From assembly GCA_965661855.1 (NCBI GenBank), contig CBFIFL010000001.1, forward strand, positions 20,182-84,181: a stretch of DNA of 64,000 bases. The letters are read 5' to 3'. Below, piece after piece: positions 39,690 to 47,804 of the stretch. The notes beneath the pieces were generated by a model. It ran no database searches, was not told the origin of the DNA, and saw only the letters and a program-made list of their open reading frames with translations. Numbering within the stretch: the stretch's first letter is position 1; the number at the start of each line of letters is the position of its first letter. The position numbers were made by a program, and so were the translations under genes. Origin of the DNA: Flavobacteriales bacterium (GTDB lineage Bacteria > Bacteroidota > Bacteroidia > Flavobacteriales_C > CBFIFL01).

Positions 39690-41846
39690 TTATTTTTTAG
39701 TGGTATAGATATCAGAACCTAATCGCTGTAAGTAAGCAATCAATGCTGTGATTTCTTTGTCTTCCAATTTAGCTTCCAACTGAGGAGCATTCATGCTAGT
39801 TGCGATGTCTGCAGCTATTTCCTTAGCTTGAGCTAGAGCATCAGCAATTGCTTTTTCATCGAATCCTTCTTCATAAGGAACACCAAGCTTTTGCATTGCT
39901 CTAATCTTAGCTGGAGTAGATTCAATGTCTAATACATTTTCTTCTAACCAACCGTACTTAGGCATGATCGATCCTTCCGACATGGTTGGCGGATCAATTA
40001 AATGTTCGTAATGCCAAGCGTTTCCTTTTTTAATAGCAGAGAAACCACCTTCACGAGCTAAATCCGGACCAGTTCTTTTAGAACCCCATTGGAATGGGTG
40101 GTCATATACAAATTCACCAGCTTTTGAGTACTCTCCATAACGTTTAACTTCATCTCTAAACGGACGAACCATTTGGGAGTGACAGTTATAACAACCTTCT
40201 TGGATATAGATATCTCTACCTTGTAATTCAAGAGGAGTATATGGTTTAACACTTTCAATTGTTGGGATGTTAGACTCTACTAAGAAGGTAGGAACCATTT
40301 CAACAGCACCACCAATCATAATCGCGATTAAAGAGAATACAGCCAATTGAACTGGTCTTCTTTCAATCCATCTGTGCCAGTGCTCTGCTTTACTTGAGTG
40401 CTTAGGTGTTTCGTGTACTTCCAATGCTGGAGCAGATGCAGCTTCTTCTTTAACTAGGTTTCCAGACTTAATCGTCTTAACCATATTGTAAAGCATTACT
40501 AATGCACCAATAATGTAGATCGTTCCACCGATAGCTCTAGCTTCATACATTGGAATGATTTGGTGAACCGTTTCAATGAATTGGTAAGCAACTCTACCAT
40601 CTGGTAAAAACTCTTTCCACATTTGTCCTTGTGTGAAACCTGCAAAGTACATAGGTACTACATAGATAATGATACCTAAAGTTCCAATCCAGAAGTGTAC
40701 GTTAGCTAACTTCTCCGAGTAGATTTTAGTATTGTAAAGTTTTGGAATCAAGTAGTACAACATTCCAAATGTTAAGAATCCGTTCCAACCTAAAGCTCCA
40801 ACGTGAACGTGAGCAATAGTCCAATCTGTAAAGTGAGAGATAGCGTTTACATTTTTTAAAGACATCATAGGTCCTTCAAATGTTGCCATACCATAAGCAG
40901 TAACAGCTACTACCATGAATTTAAGTACCGCGCTATCTCTAACCTTATCCCAAGCACCTCTTAAAGTAAGTAGTCCGTTCAACATACCTCCCCAAGATGG
41001 AGCAATAAGCATGATCGAGAATACAACACCTAAACTTTGTGCCCAATCTGGTAATGCAGTATATAAAAGGTGGTGAGGACCAGCCCAGATATAAATGAAT
41101 ATTAATGCCCAGAAGTGGATGATAGATAATCTATAAGAATATACAGGTCTTCCAGAAGCCTTAGGAATGAAGTAATACATTAAACCTAAGAATGGAGTAG
41201 TAAGGAAGAATGCAACAGCATTATGACCATACCACCATTGTACTAAGGCATCTTGTACACCAGCATACCAAGAGTAAGACTTGAATAAACTAACTGGTAA
41301 TTCGAATGAGTTAACAATATGCAATACTGCAACAGTAACTAAAGATGCTAAGTAGAACCAAATAGCAACATAGATATGCTGTACTCTTCTTTTAATAATC
41401 GTACCAATCATGTTCCAACCAAATACCACCCATACTAATGTAATAGCGATATCAATTGGCCATTCAAGTTCAGCATATTCCTTACCAGAGCTGATACCCA
41501 TTGGTAACGTTAGTGCTGCTGAAACAATGATTAACTGCCAACCCCAAAAGTTGATTTTACTTAAGGTGTCATTAAACATTCTGGTTTTACATAATCTTTG
41601 AAGAGAGTAGTAGATACCAGCAAAAATGGCATTACCAACGAACGCAAAAATTACTGCATTGGTGTGCAATGGACGTAGTCTACCAAAGGATAGAAACGGT
41701 ACATTTTCCCATAAACTAAAATAAGGTGCAAACATTTGCCCCGCTAAAACTAGTCCGACTAAAAATCCGACTAATCCCCATAAAACCGTAGCGAATAAGA
41801 AATTCCTTACGATTCCATTGTCATAATTAAAACGTTGTTGTTCCAT
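39690..41846 (-). CDS. ccoNO: Fused cbb3-type cytochrome c oxidase subunits I+II (CcoNO)
   Basis: 718 aa. N-terminal haem-copper oxidase subunit I with 12 TM helices and multiple conserved His. C-terminal CcoO-like mono-haem domain (CYNCHSQMVRPF). Confidence 0.9.
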   Translation of the reverse strand: MEQQRFNYDNGIVRNFLFATVLWGLVGFLVGLVLAGQMFAPYFSLWENVPFLSFGRLRPLHTNAVIFAFVGNAIFAGIYYSLQRLCKTRMFNDTLSKINFWGWQLIIVSAALTLPMGISSGKEYAELEWPIDIAITLVWVVFGWNMIGTIIKRRVQHIYVAIWFYLASLVTVAVLHIVNSFELPVSLFKSYSWYAGVQDALVQWWYGHNAVAFFLTTPFLGLMYYFIPKASGRPVYSYRLSIIHFWALIFIYIWAGPHHLLYTALPDWAQSLGVVFSIMLIAPSWGGMLNGLLTLRGAWDKVRDSAVLKFMVVAVTAYGMATFEGPMMSLKNVNAISHFTDWTIAHVHVGALGWNGFLTFGMLYYLIPKLYNTKIYSEKLANVHFWIGTLGIIIYVVPMYFAGFTQGQMWKEFLPDGRVAYQFIETVHQIIPMYEARAIGGTIYIIGALVMLYNMVKTIKSGNLVKEEAASAPALEVHETPKHSSKAEHWHRWIERRPVQLAVFSLIAIMIGGAVEMVPTFLVESNIPTIESVKPYTPLELQGRDIYIQEGCYNCHSQMVRPFRDEVKRYGEYSKAGEFVYDHPFQWGSKRTGPDLAREGGFSAIKKGNAWHYEHLIDPPTMSEGSIMPKYGWLEENVLDIESTPAKIRAMQKLGVPYEEGFDEKAIADALAQAKEIAADIATSMNAPQLEAKLEDKEITALIAYLQRLGSDIYTTKK

Positions 41847-42060
41847 GTTTTGAATGATTGCTGTTAAGTTTCACTTCGTCTTCAAGAAGAATTCGAACTC
41901 CAGGGGATTCTAAATCATCAAACTGACCTTGCTCAGTTGAACGAATGAAGAGGAATAGGAATAAACCTCCTAATAAAATACTGATCCCTATGAGTAAGAA
42001 TAATACTCCCATGATACAAAGGTAGAGGAGATGATTTTCGGTAGATGTGATAGGTGTCAA
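41827..42060 (-). CDS. ccoS: cbb3 oxidase maturation protein CcoS. The true start is probably the internal Met (MGVLFLL...), giving about 61 aa.
   Basis: CcoS-like sequence (single TM helix, then GQFDDLESPGVRILLEDE). Overlaps the ccoNO start by 20 nt. Confidence 0.6.
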   Translation of the reverse strand: MTPITSTENHLLYLCIMGVLFLLIGISILLGGLFLFLFIRSTEQGQFDDLESPGVRILLEDEVKLNSNHSKHGTTTF

Positions 42061-42069
42061 ATCAAGACA

Positions 42070-42081
42070 TGATAATTATCA
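42070..42081. promoter_or_regulatory. FNR/CRP-type box TGATAATTATCA upstream of the ccoS-ccoNO operon
   Basis: Perfect 12-bp palindrome with TGAT-N4-ATCA half-sites, about 10 bp upstream of the listed ccoS start. Confidence 0.45.
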
Positions 42082-42187
42082 GTTTTCACTTAAAGTCCTT
42101 ATTTTTAATAAAGAATATTGCTTCAGTTGAAAATCAATTTGAAGGACTATAATTAAGTATAATAAAACAGAAATAAAACATTAAGTT

Positions 42188-42817
42188 ATGACGATTACAG
42201 GAAGACAATTTCCAGATTTAAAGGTGAAAATGATCAATGCTAAAGGAGAGATCAAAGAGCAAAGTATCACTCAAATCGCAAAAGAAAACAAGAAGAAAGT
42301 TGTTTTGTTTTGGTACCCAAAAGATTTCACATTTGTATGCCCAACTGAACTACATGCATTTCAAGCAAAGCAAGCTGAATTTGAAAAAAGAAACACGATA
42401 GTAATTGGTGCTTCTTGTGACACAGCTGAAGTTCATTTAGCTTGGTTACATACAGAGAAAAACAAGGGAGGAATTCAAGGGGTTTCTTATGATTTAGTTT
42501 CTGATTCAAACCGAAATTTAGCAGAGACTTTAGGGATTTTAGATTCGACCTTAGTTGAAGAAGGAGATGATATCTTATTAGAAGGAGACAACGTTACTTA
42601 CAGAGCAACTTATTTAATTGATGAAGAAGGAACAGTGTTTCATGAAGGAATCAATCATATGCCTTTAGGTAGAAACGTAGATGAGTTCATCAGATTAGTT
42701 GACGCTTATACGCATGTTCAAGAAAATGGAGAAGTTTGTCCTGCAAACTGGTCTGAAGGAGAAGACGCTATGAAAGCTGATAGAGATGGTGTAGCTGATT
42801 ATTTATCAAATCACTAA
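42188..42817 (+). CDS. Peroxiredoxin (AhpC/Tsa family, typical 2-Cys)
   Basis: Peroxidatic Cys motif FTFVCPTE and a resolving Cys near the C-terminus (EVCPANW). Confidence 0.85.
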   Translation: MTITGRQFPDLKVKMINAKGEIKEQSITQIAKENKKKVVLFWYPKDFTFVCPTELHAFQAKQAEFEKRNTIVIGASCDTAEVHLAWLHTEKNKGGIQGVSYDLVSDSNRNLAETLGILDSTLVEEGDDILLEGDNVTYRATYLIDEEGTVFHEGINHMPLGRNVDEFIRLVDAYTHVQENGEVCPANWSEGEDAMKADRDGVADYLSNH

Positions 42818-42858
42818 GAATTGATTACCAGATTTAATCTGGTGATTGGGTAATATGA

Positions 42859-42890
42859 ACCACAACCTTTTACGGGTTGTGGTTTTTTCT
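42859..42890 (+). terminator. Rho-independent terminator of the peroxiredoxin gene
   Basis: ACCACAACCttttacGGGTTGTGGT followed by TTTTTTCTTTGG. Confidence 0.7.
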
Positions 42891-42943
42891 TTGGTGTCTT
42901 AACTACGGATTTAAGGATTGATAAATATGAACGGGATTAAATT

Positions 42944-43021
42944 TTCGGGCACCCGCAAGAGGAGCCCCTACGATTACTCGTTAACAAATCCTGGTAGGGG
43001 CTCCCCTTGCGGGTGCCCGAA
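42944..43021. repeat. GC-rich 28-bp inverted repeat (27 of 28 complementary) with a 22-nt loop
   Basis: TTCGGGCACCCGCAAGAGGAGCCCCTAC ... GTAGGGGCTCCCCTTGCGGGTGCCCGAA. Roughly 64% GC within a locus of about 35% GC. Confidence 0.6.
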
Positions 43022-43032
43022 TAATAAACCAA

Positions 43033-43068
43033 GAAAATCTCCGATTTTACCTCCACGATATCCGTGGT
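43033..43068. repeat. Copy B of the roughly 35-nt intergenic motif shared with 35308..35345
   Basis: AGAAAATCTCCGATTTTACCTCCACGATATCCGTGG. Lies directly after the tolC-like stop (minus-strand orientation) and just after the GC-rich inverted repeat. Confidence 0.6.
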
Positions 43069-43081
43069 AAAAACTGAATAC

Positions 43082-44482
43082 CTATATCTGATAAAGAATC
43101 CCTAATTTATAAAGCAAGTCAACGTAACTAACTTGCAACTTTTCTTTAAGTTGTATTGCTTTGATTTGGCTTTTCAATAAGCTACTTTCTCGTTTGTTAA
43201 CCATGAAAACAGAACTTTCACCAATTTCAAACTTCTTTCTTTCACCAAGAAGTAAGCGCTGGTAATTGATAACTACTTGATCTGTGGTGGCCAACTGAAG
43301 TTTTATGTTTTCTAGCTTTTGCAGGCTATTTAATATTTGATTTTTAAGATCTAATTCTTGTTGATCTATGGCTAAGTTTTGATAATCAATTTTTACTTGA
43401 GCTAGTTTAATTTTTGCTCTCTCTTTTCTTAAGAATAGATTGTATTTAAAATCAATACCTAGCTTGTAATTATTCATCAAATAGTCAGAATTTAAATCGA
43501 CTAAAGAACCTGGTCCTTGAATTGCATTGTACTTTAAGTCTAACTGAGGTTTTAAAGATTCTCGTTTTAATTTTTGGTCTATTTCTATTTGTTGAAGTTT
43601 AGCAGCCATTTCCAATAGTTTAGGATGTAAAGTATCCAGGCCATTAATGTTTTTATAAATTAATTCAGGACTTATTTCATTGTCGATTTTACTTTTAAAT
43701 TGACTTGGCAGGAGGTTCCCCTCAATTTCTAAAGGGGTATTGTTTTCTCCCCATAAAAAGGTGTTTAAATAGTATTGAGCTGACTGGTATTTCTGTTTGG
43801 CTTGCTGAAGATTCAATTCACGGTTTTGGACTTGAATAAAGTTTTCTAAGGTGTCTATTGCAGGTTTATCTCCTTGAATAAAGCTTTGTTTAGTTTGAAG
43901 GAATCGATCATAGGAGATGTCATAAGCTTCTTGTGAAACCATTACTTCAAAATAGGTGCTGGTCCAGTTCCAATAAGCAAATGAAGCATCTCTGTATAAG
44001 CTATTTAATACTTGAACTTGACGGTTCGTATTTTGTTCTTGAAAGATTTTAGCTTTTTTAAGGCTTGCTCTTCTTTCATCAATTAAAAGACCTTTCCCCA
44101 ATGAGACTTTAAGTCCTGCAGACCATAAACCATCATCAGGAAGGTTTAGCATTTCATCGAGGTACTTTCCAGTGGTGTTTTCGTATCCACCTTGGATTTC
44201 AATTCCGTACCAGGTTGGGATTTTTAATGACCCGTTCAATAATTCGTAATAATTACTTTCCTTAAATACTTTTTGATTTAAACCCCCCGTTAGTTTAGGA
44301 TCAAAGCCACCTCTGGCTTCGCTTAGTTTTGCCTTTGCTTCAATATCCAATAGTTGAGCTTGTTTTGCTATCGGATGGTTGTTTTTTACCCAAGCAAGAT
44401 AAGTGTCCATGTCTAGCTTTTTATCTTGAGCATGAATTAAAACACTACTGATTAATATGAATATTAGTCCAAAGACTCTCAT
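43082..44482 (-). CDS. TolC family outer-membrane efflux protein
   Basis: Signal peptide. 466 aa with the duplicated coiled-coil/beta architecture of the OMF family. Confidence 0.75.
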   Translation of the reverse strand: MRVFGLIFILISSVLIHAQDKKLDMDTYLAWVKNNHPIAKQAQLLDIEAKAKLSEARGGFDPKLTGGLNQKVFKESNYYELLNGSLKIPTWYGIEIQGGYENTTGKYLDEMLNLPDDGLWSAGLKVSLGKGLLIDERRASLKKAKIFQEQNTNRQVQVLNSLYRDASFAYWNWTSTYFEVMVSQEAYDISYDRFLQTKQSFIQGDKPAIDTLENFIQVQNRELNLQQAKQKYQSAQYYLNTFLWGENNTPLEIEGNLLPSQFKSKIDNEISPELIYKNINGLDTLHPKLLEMAAKLQQIEIDQKLKRESLKPQLDLKYNAIQGPGSLVDLNSDYLMNNYKLGIDFKYNLFLRKERAKIKLAQVKIDYQNLAIDQQELDLKNQILNSLQKLENIKLQLATTDQVVINYQRLLLGERKKFEIGESSVFMVNKRESSLLKSQIKAIQLKEKLQVSYVDLLYKLGILYQI

Positions 44483-45835
44483 CTATTTGTTCTTTTTGGT
44501 TTCTTTTGTTTTTCCTTGGTAAAAATTAGGAGGGAAGCCGTTTATGTTTCGCCATAGTTCATACCAGATAGGCACATCCTCTAACAGAGCAAAAGCTTTA
44601 ACACCGGCGCCAATTTTAATTAAATCAGGCCAATGATGGTCTTCAGATTCATGTTCAGCAATTAAAACACGGTACTTTCCATTTTCAGAGATGAAATTAT
44701 CGATAGCAACTACTCTACCTCCAAAGGTACCGTGAGATACACCTGGCCATCCAGAAAAAACGATAGCAGGCCACCCGTCGAAAACAATTCTTACATCTTC
44801 TCCAACTTTCATTAAAGGTAAGTCCATTGGTTCAACATACATGGTTACTGCTAATTGGTGATCTGCAGGCATAATACTTAATATCTTATCACCTGCTTTT
44901 ATCGTTTCGCCAATACCTGTTTTAATGGCTTGAGTTATGTATCCGTTTTGAGGAGCTGTAATGTAATAAAGACCAGTTCTCATGCTGTAATTCATGTATT
45001 GAATTTGCATTTTGGTTACTTGTCCTTCTGCATCATACATGTTGGAAAGAGCAGTGAACTTAGTTGATTCAGCTTTGGATAATTTATCTCTGTATAAGCT
45101 CTCAATGGATTCAAGGTCTACTTTTACATTGATTAGTTTGTTTCTACTGGTAAGCAATTTGTTTTCTGCTTCTATTCGTTTTGCTTTTGTCTTTTGAACC
45201 TTCATTTTTGCTTTTTCCAAATCGGTCAAAGACTTTAAACCTTCTTCATAAAGCGTTTCAGTTCGTTTCAGTTGTCTTTCGGAAATCACAAAATCATTTT
45301 CAGCATTTTGAACATTAGCACTATCTGATTGAATCGCCAGAAGAGCTTGCTTTACATAGTTTTGAGATTGTTGTGTTTTCAGCTTTCGAATATTGATCAA
45401 TGCATCGATTTGATTATCTAGGGCTTTTACTTTTTCCATGTAAGACTTAACAGAAAGCTCTTTTGCTTTAATCTGCGTGTCCGTTCTTTCAACTAAATTC
45501 GGATCGAAATATTCTCCTTTAATTTCAGAGATAAAAAGAATTGTATCTCCTTTAGCCACATAATCTCCTTCAGTTACAAACCATTTTTCGATTCTACCAG
45601 GGATAACCGATTGAATTGTTTGAGGTCTTTGTCCAGGAGTAAGTGTGGTAACATAACCTTTCGCACGAATGTTTTGAGTCCAAGGAATGAATAAGATTAC
45701 AGCAAAAAGAAGGATGCTAAAATTCAATAGTTTCTTTAAAACCTTTTGGCTTTTATACTTTCTTGCAGCTCCAAATGACTCCAACTTATTTGGATCAATT
45801 TTATGATTTATACGGTTGTTGCTTAGGTTCAGCAT
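44483..45835 (-). CDS. HlyD family secretion protein (membrane fusion / periplasmic adaptor)
   Basis: N-terminal TM anchor, long coiled-coil region, C-terminal beta domain. Zero-spaced to tolC. Confidence 0.8.
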   Translation of the reverse strand: MLNLSNNRINHKIDPNKLESFGAARKYKSQKVLKKLLNFSILLFAVILFIPWTQNIRAKGYVTTLTPGQRPQTIQSVIPGRIEKWFVTEGDYVAKGDTILFISEIKGEYFDPNLVERTDTQIKAKELSVKSYMEKVKALDNQIDALINIRKLKTQQSQNYVKQALLAIQSDSANVQNAENDFVISERQLKRTETLYEEGLKSLTDLEKAKMKVQKTKAKRIEAENKLLTSRNKLINVKVDLESIESLYRDKLSKAESTKFTALSNMYDAEGQVTKMQIQYMNYSMRTGLYYITAPQNGYITQAIKTGIGETIKAGDKILSIMPADHQLAVTMYVEPMDLPLMKVGEDVRIVFDGWPAIVFSGWPGVSHGTFGGRVVAIDNFISENGKYRVLIAEHESEDHHWPDLIKIGAGVKAFALLEDVPIWYELWRNINGFPPNFYQGKTKETKKNK

Positions 45836-45836
45836 A

Positions 45837-47549
45837 TTAATTTAGCTCAAAGATGTTTTTAAATAAGTCCTCGTTTTGCAGTGCTGACCAATTGTTGTCG
45901 AACTTCAATTCTCCTTTATCTATTATCCATGATCTATCCATTCTTTTCGCGATATTAATATCATTTGAGATAATAATAACCGAGAAGTCCGATTCAATTA
46001 GGAATGACATAAAAGCATTGATTTGTCCTCTGCTTAAACTAGCGAATTGATCTTCGAGTAAAATTAATCGTGGTTCTCCTACTACAGCTCGAGCTAAAAT
46101 GATCTTACGTTTTAAGCAACGAGAAATATTTTTACCCTGAGGCATTAATTTGGTGTTATAGCCGTCATCAAGTCGGTTGATTTGCTCTTCGAATCCAAGA
46201 ATGCTACCAATTTTTTTCACTTGATCAATAGTAACTTTCTCTCTGCCAAGTGTAATGTTTTCCATTAAGCTGGCTTCGAAAATAGCTTCACCTTCTAAAT
46301 TGTCACCAATGGCATAAAAGATATCTTCTTTGTTCCAGTTCTGAAGTAATATTTTATTGCAGGTAATGGTTCCTTGGTAGTTGTCGTAAATACCTGCAAT
46401 TAATTCAGCTAAAACAGTTTTACCTGAATCAGGGAAACCAGACAGACATATTTTGTCACCATGGTTAACTTGAAGGTTAACATGATTGATCATAGGAGTG
46501 TTGTTATCTATGAACTTATATGAAACATCACTTAATTCGATATCAATATAGTTATCTTTGAATTCGATAGAATTATCGTTGTTGTCTAAAGGAATATCAA
46601 GTACTTCTCCAATTTTTTCAACTCCAGTTAACACATCATAAATAGATTCCATAGATAAGATAACTTTCTCCATAGATCCCATTAATAAGAGTATGATTAC
46701 TTCGGAAGCAACGAATTGACCGATGTTCATTTTTTGGTTGATCACTAAGAGTCCACCTATTAATAATAGAGCTAGGACGACAACAGTTTGAATAGTAACC
46801 AGAATATAATATTGTGTTTTTAGCGTTTGGAAATGTGAATCTCTGGCCCCTAAGTATTCTTTAACTACTTCATCTGTTTTGTTTAAAACCAAATCAGATT
46901 TACCCGAAAGCTTGAAAGTCTCCATTGTTCTTGCGATTTCCTCTAGCCAGTGTGCTACTTCGTATTTGTATCGTGATTCTTTAAGACTAGATTTTAATCC
47001 TTTAGGAATGGTGTATTTGAAAAGCACGTATAGTGTAACAAGCATTCCGATCGAAAAGAATATAAAGTAAGGGTGGTAGATGCTCAGAAGAATCATTCCG
47101 AATATAACCTGTAAAGAGGCTGATGAGAAATCCATTAGCATCTTTGTGATTCCTTTTTGAATGGTTAAGGTATCGAAGAAACGATTCGTTAATTCTGGAA
47201 GGTGTTTGTGCCAAACAGCCTCTAGTTTTAAACGAGGCATTCTGTACGCAAATTCAAAAGCTGATCGAGTGAATATTTTTTGCTGGATACTTTCAGAAAT
47301 GGATAATTGATAGATCTGCATAACTCCAGATATGGCAACACCTGCTACAACAAAGATTAATAATACAATCCATGAAGTTGAAATTTCACCACCAGTGATG
47401 AGGTTGATGATTGCCTGTATTCCAAGTGGTAATGATAGCGTCACTAATCCACGAAAAAGCGCGAAATAATATATCGCAAAAACGTCTTTCTTATCTACTT
47501 TAAGCAGGTTAATGAATCGTTTGAAAGATGTTAAAGGGAGTTCAGACAT
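45837..47549 (-). CDS. ABC exporter (fused TMD-NBD, no C39 peptidase domain) with a catalytically degenerate nucleotide-binding domain
   Basis: Six-helix TMD followed by an NBD that keeps Walker A (LSGFPDSGKT). Signature is ISRCLKRK instead of LSGGQ. Walker B is LILLEDQ instead of hhhhDE. H-loop His is replaced by Asn (IIISNDINI). No Q-loop Gln. Confidence 0.75.
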   Translation of the reverse strand: MSELPLTSFKRFINLLKVDKKDVFAIYYFALFRGLVTLSLPLGIQAIINLITGGEISTSWIVLLIFVVAGVAISGVMQIYQLSISESIQQKIFTRSAFEFAYRMPRLKLEAVWHKHLPELTNRFFDTLTIQKGITKMLMDFSSASLQVIFGMILLSIYHPYFIFFSIGMLVTLYVLFKYTIPKGLKSSLKESRYKYEVAHWLEEIARTMETFKLSGKSDLVLNKTDEVVKEYLGARDSHFQTLKTQYYILVTIQTVVVLALLLIGGLLVINQKMNIGQFVASEVIILLLMGSMEKVILSMESIYDVLTGVEKIGEVLDIPLDNNDNSIEFKDNYIDIELSDVSYKFIDNNTPMINHVNLQVNHGDKICLSGFPDSGKTVLAELIAGIYDNYQGTITCNKILLQNWNKEDIFYAIGDNLEGEAIFEASLMENITLGREKVTIDQVKKIGSILGFEEQINRLDDGYNTKLMPQGKNISRCLKRKIILARAVVGEPRLILLEDQFASLSRGQINAFMSFLIESDFSVIIISNDINIAKRMDRSWIIDKGELKFDNNWSALQNEDLFKNIFELN

Positions 47550-47710
47550 GTGGGTAATGTAATTTTGTTTAATATTTAAACCCCTAAATAATGGTTTTGC
47601 TTAAGTTTTACAGCTTATTTTTTATTTATATAACGAATCTTTTGCATAACACTTGTTAATGATAGCTTAGGCTCAATGACTTGAAGTTAAAAATGACCCA
47701 AAAACAACAA

Positions 47711-47743
47711 GCCCTATATCAAAAGTTGATATAGGGCTTGTAT
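47711..47743 (-). terminator. Rho-independent terminator downstream of the DUF885 gene
   Basis: 13-bp perfect stem AAGCCCTATATCA-aaagt-TGATATAGGGCTT, followed on the minus strand by TTGTTTTTGGG. Confidence 0.6.
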
Positions 47744-47804
47744 AAGGATTATGAACAAAAGAACGATTGTAAATGATAGACGATCGTTTTTTTACATGGT
47801 TGCC

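Noticed and set aside
43049-43056. ACCTCC within the repeated motif resembling the 3' end of 16S rRNA (anti-Shine-Dalgarno)
   Set aside because: Only a hexamer. No surrounding rRNA sequence. Most likely coincidental or part of the repeat hairpin.
45249-45272. Tandem duplication cgtttcagtt cgtttcagtt inside the hlyD coding sequence
   Set aside because: A 10-bp in-frame duplication within a coiled-coil coding region. Consistent with ordinary repeat-rich coiled-coil sequence and not a separate element.
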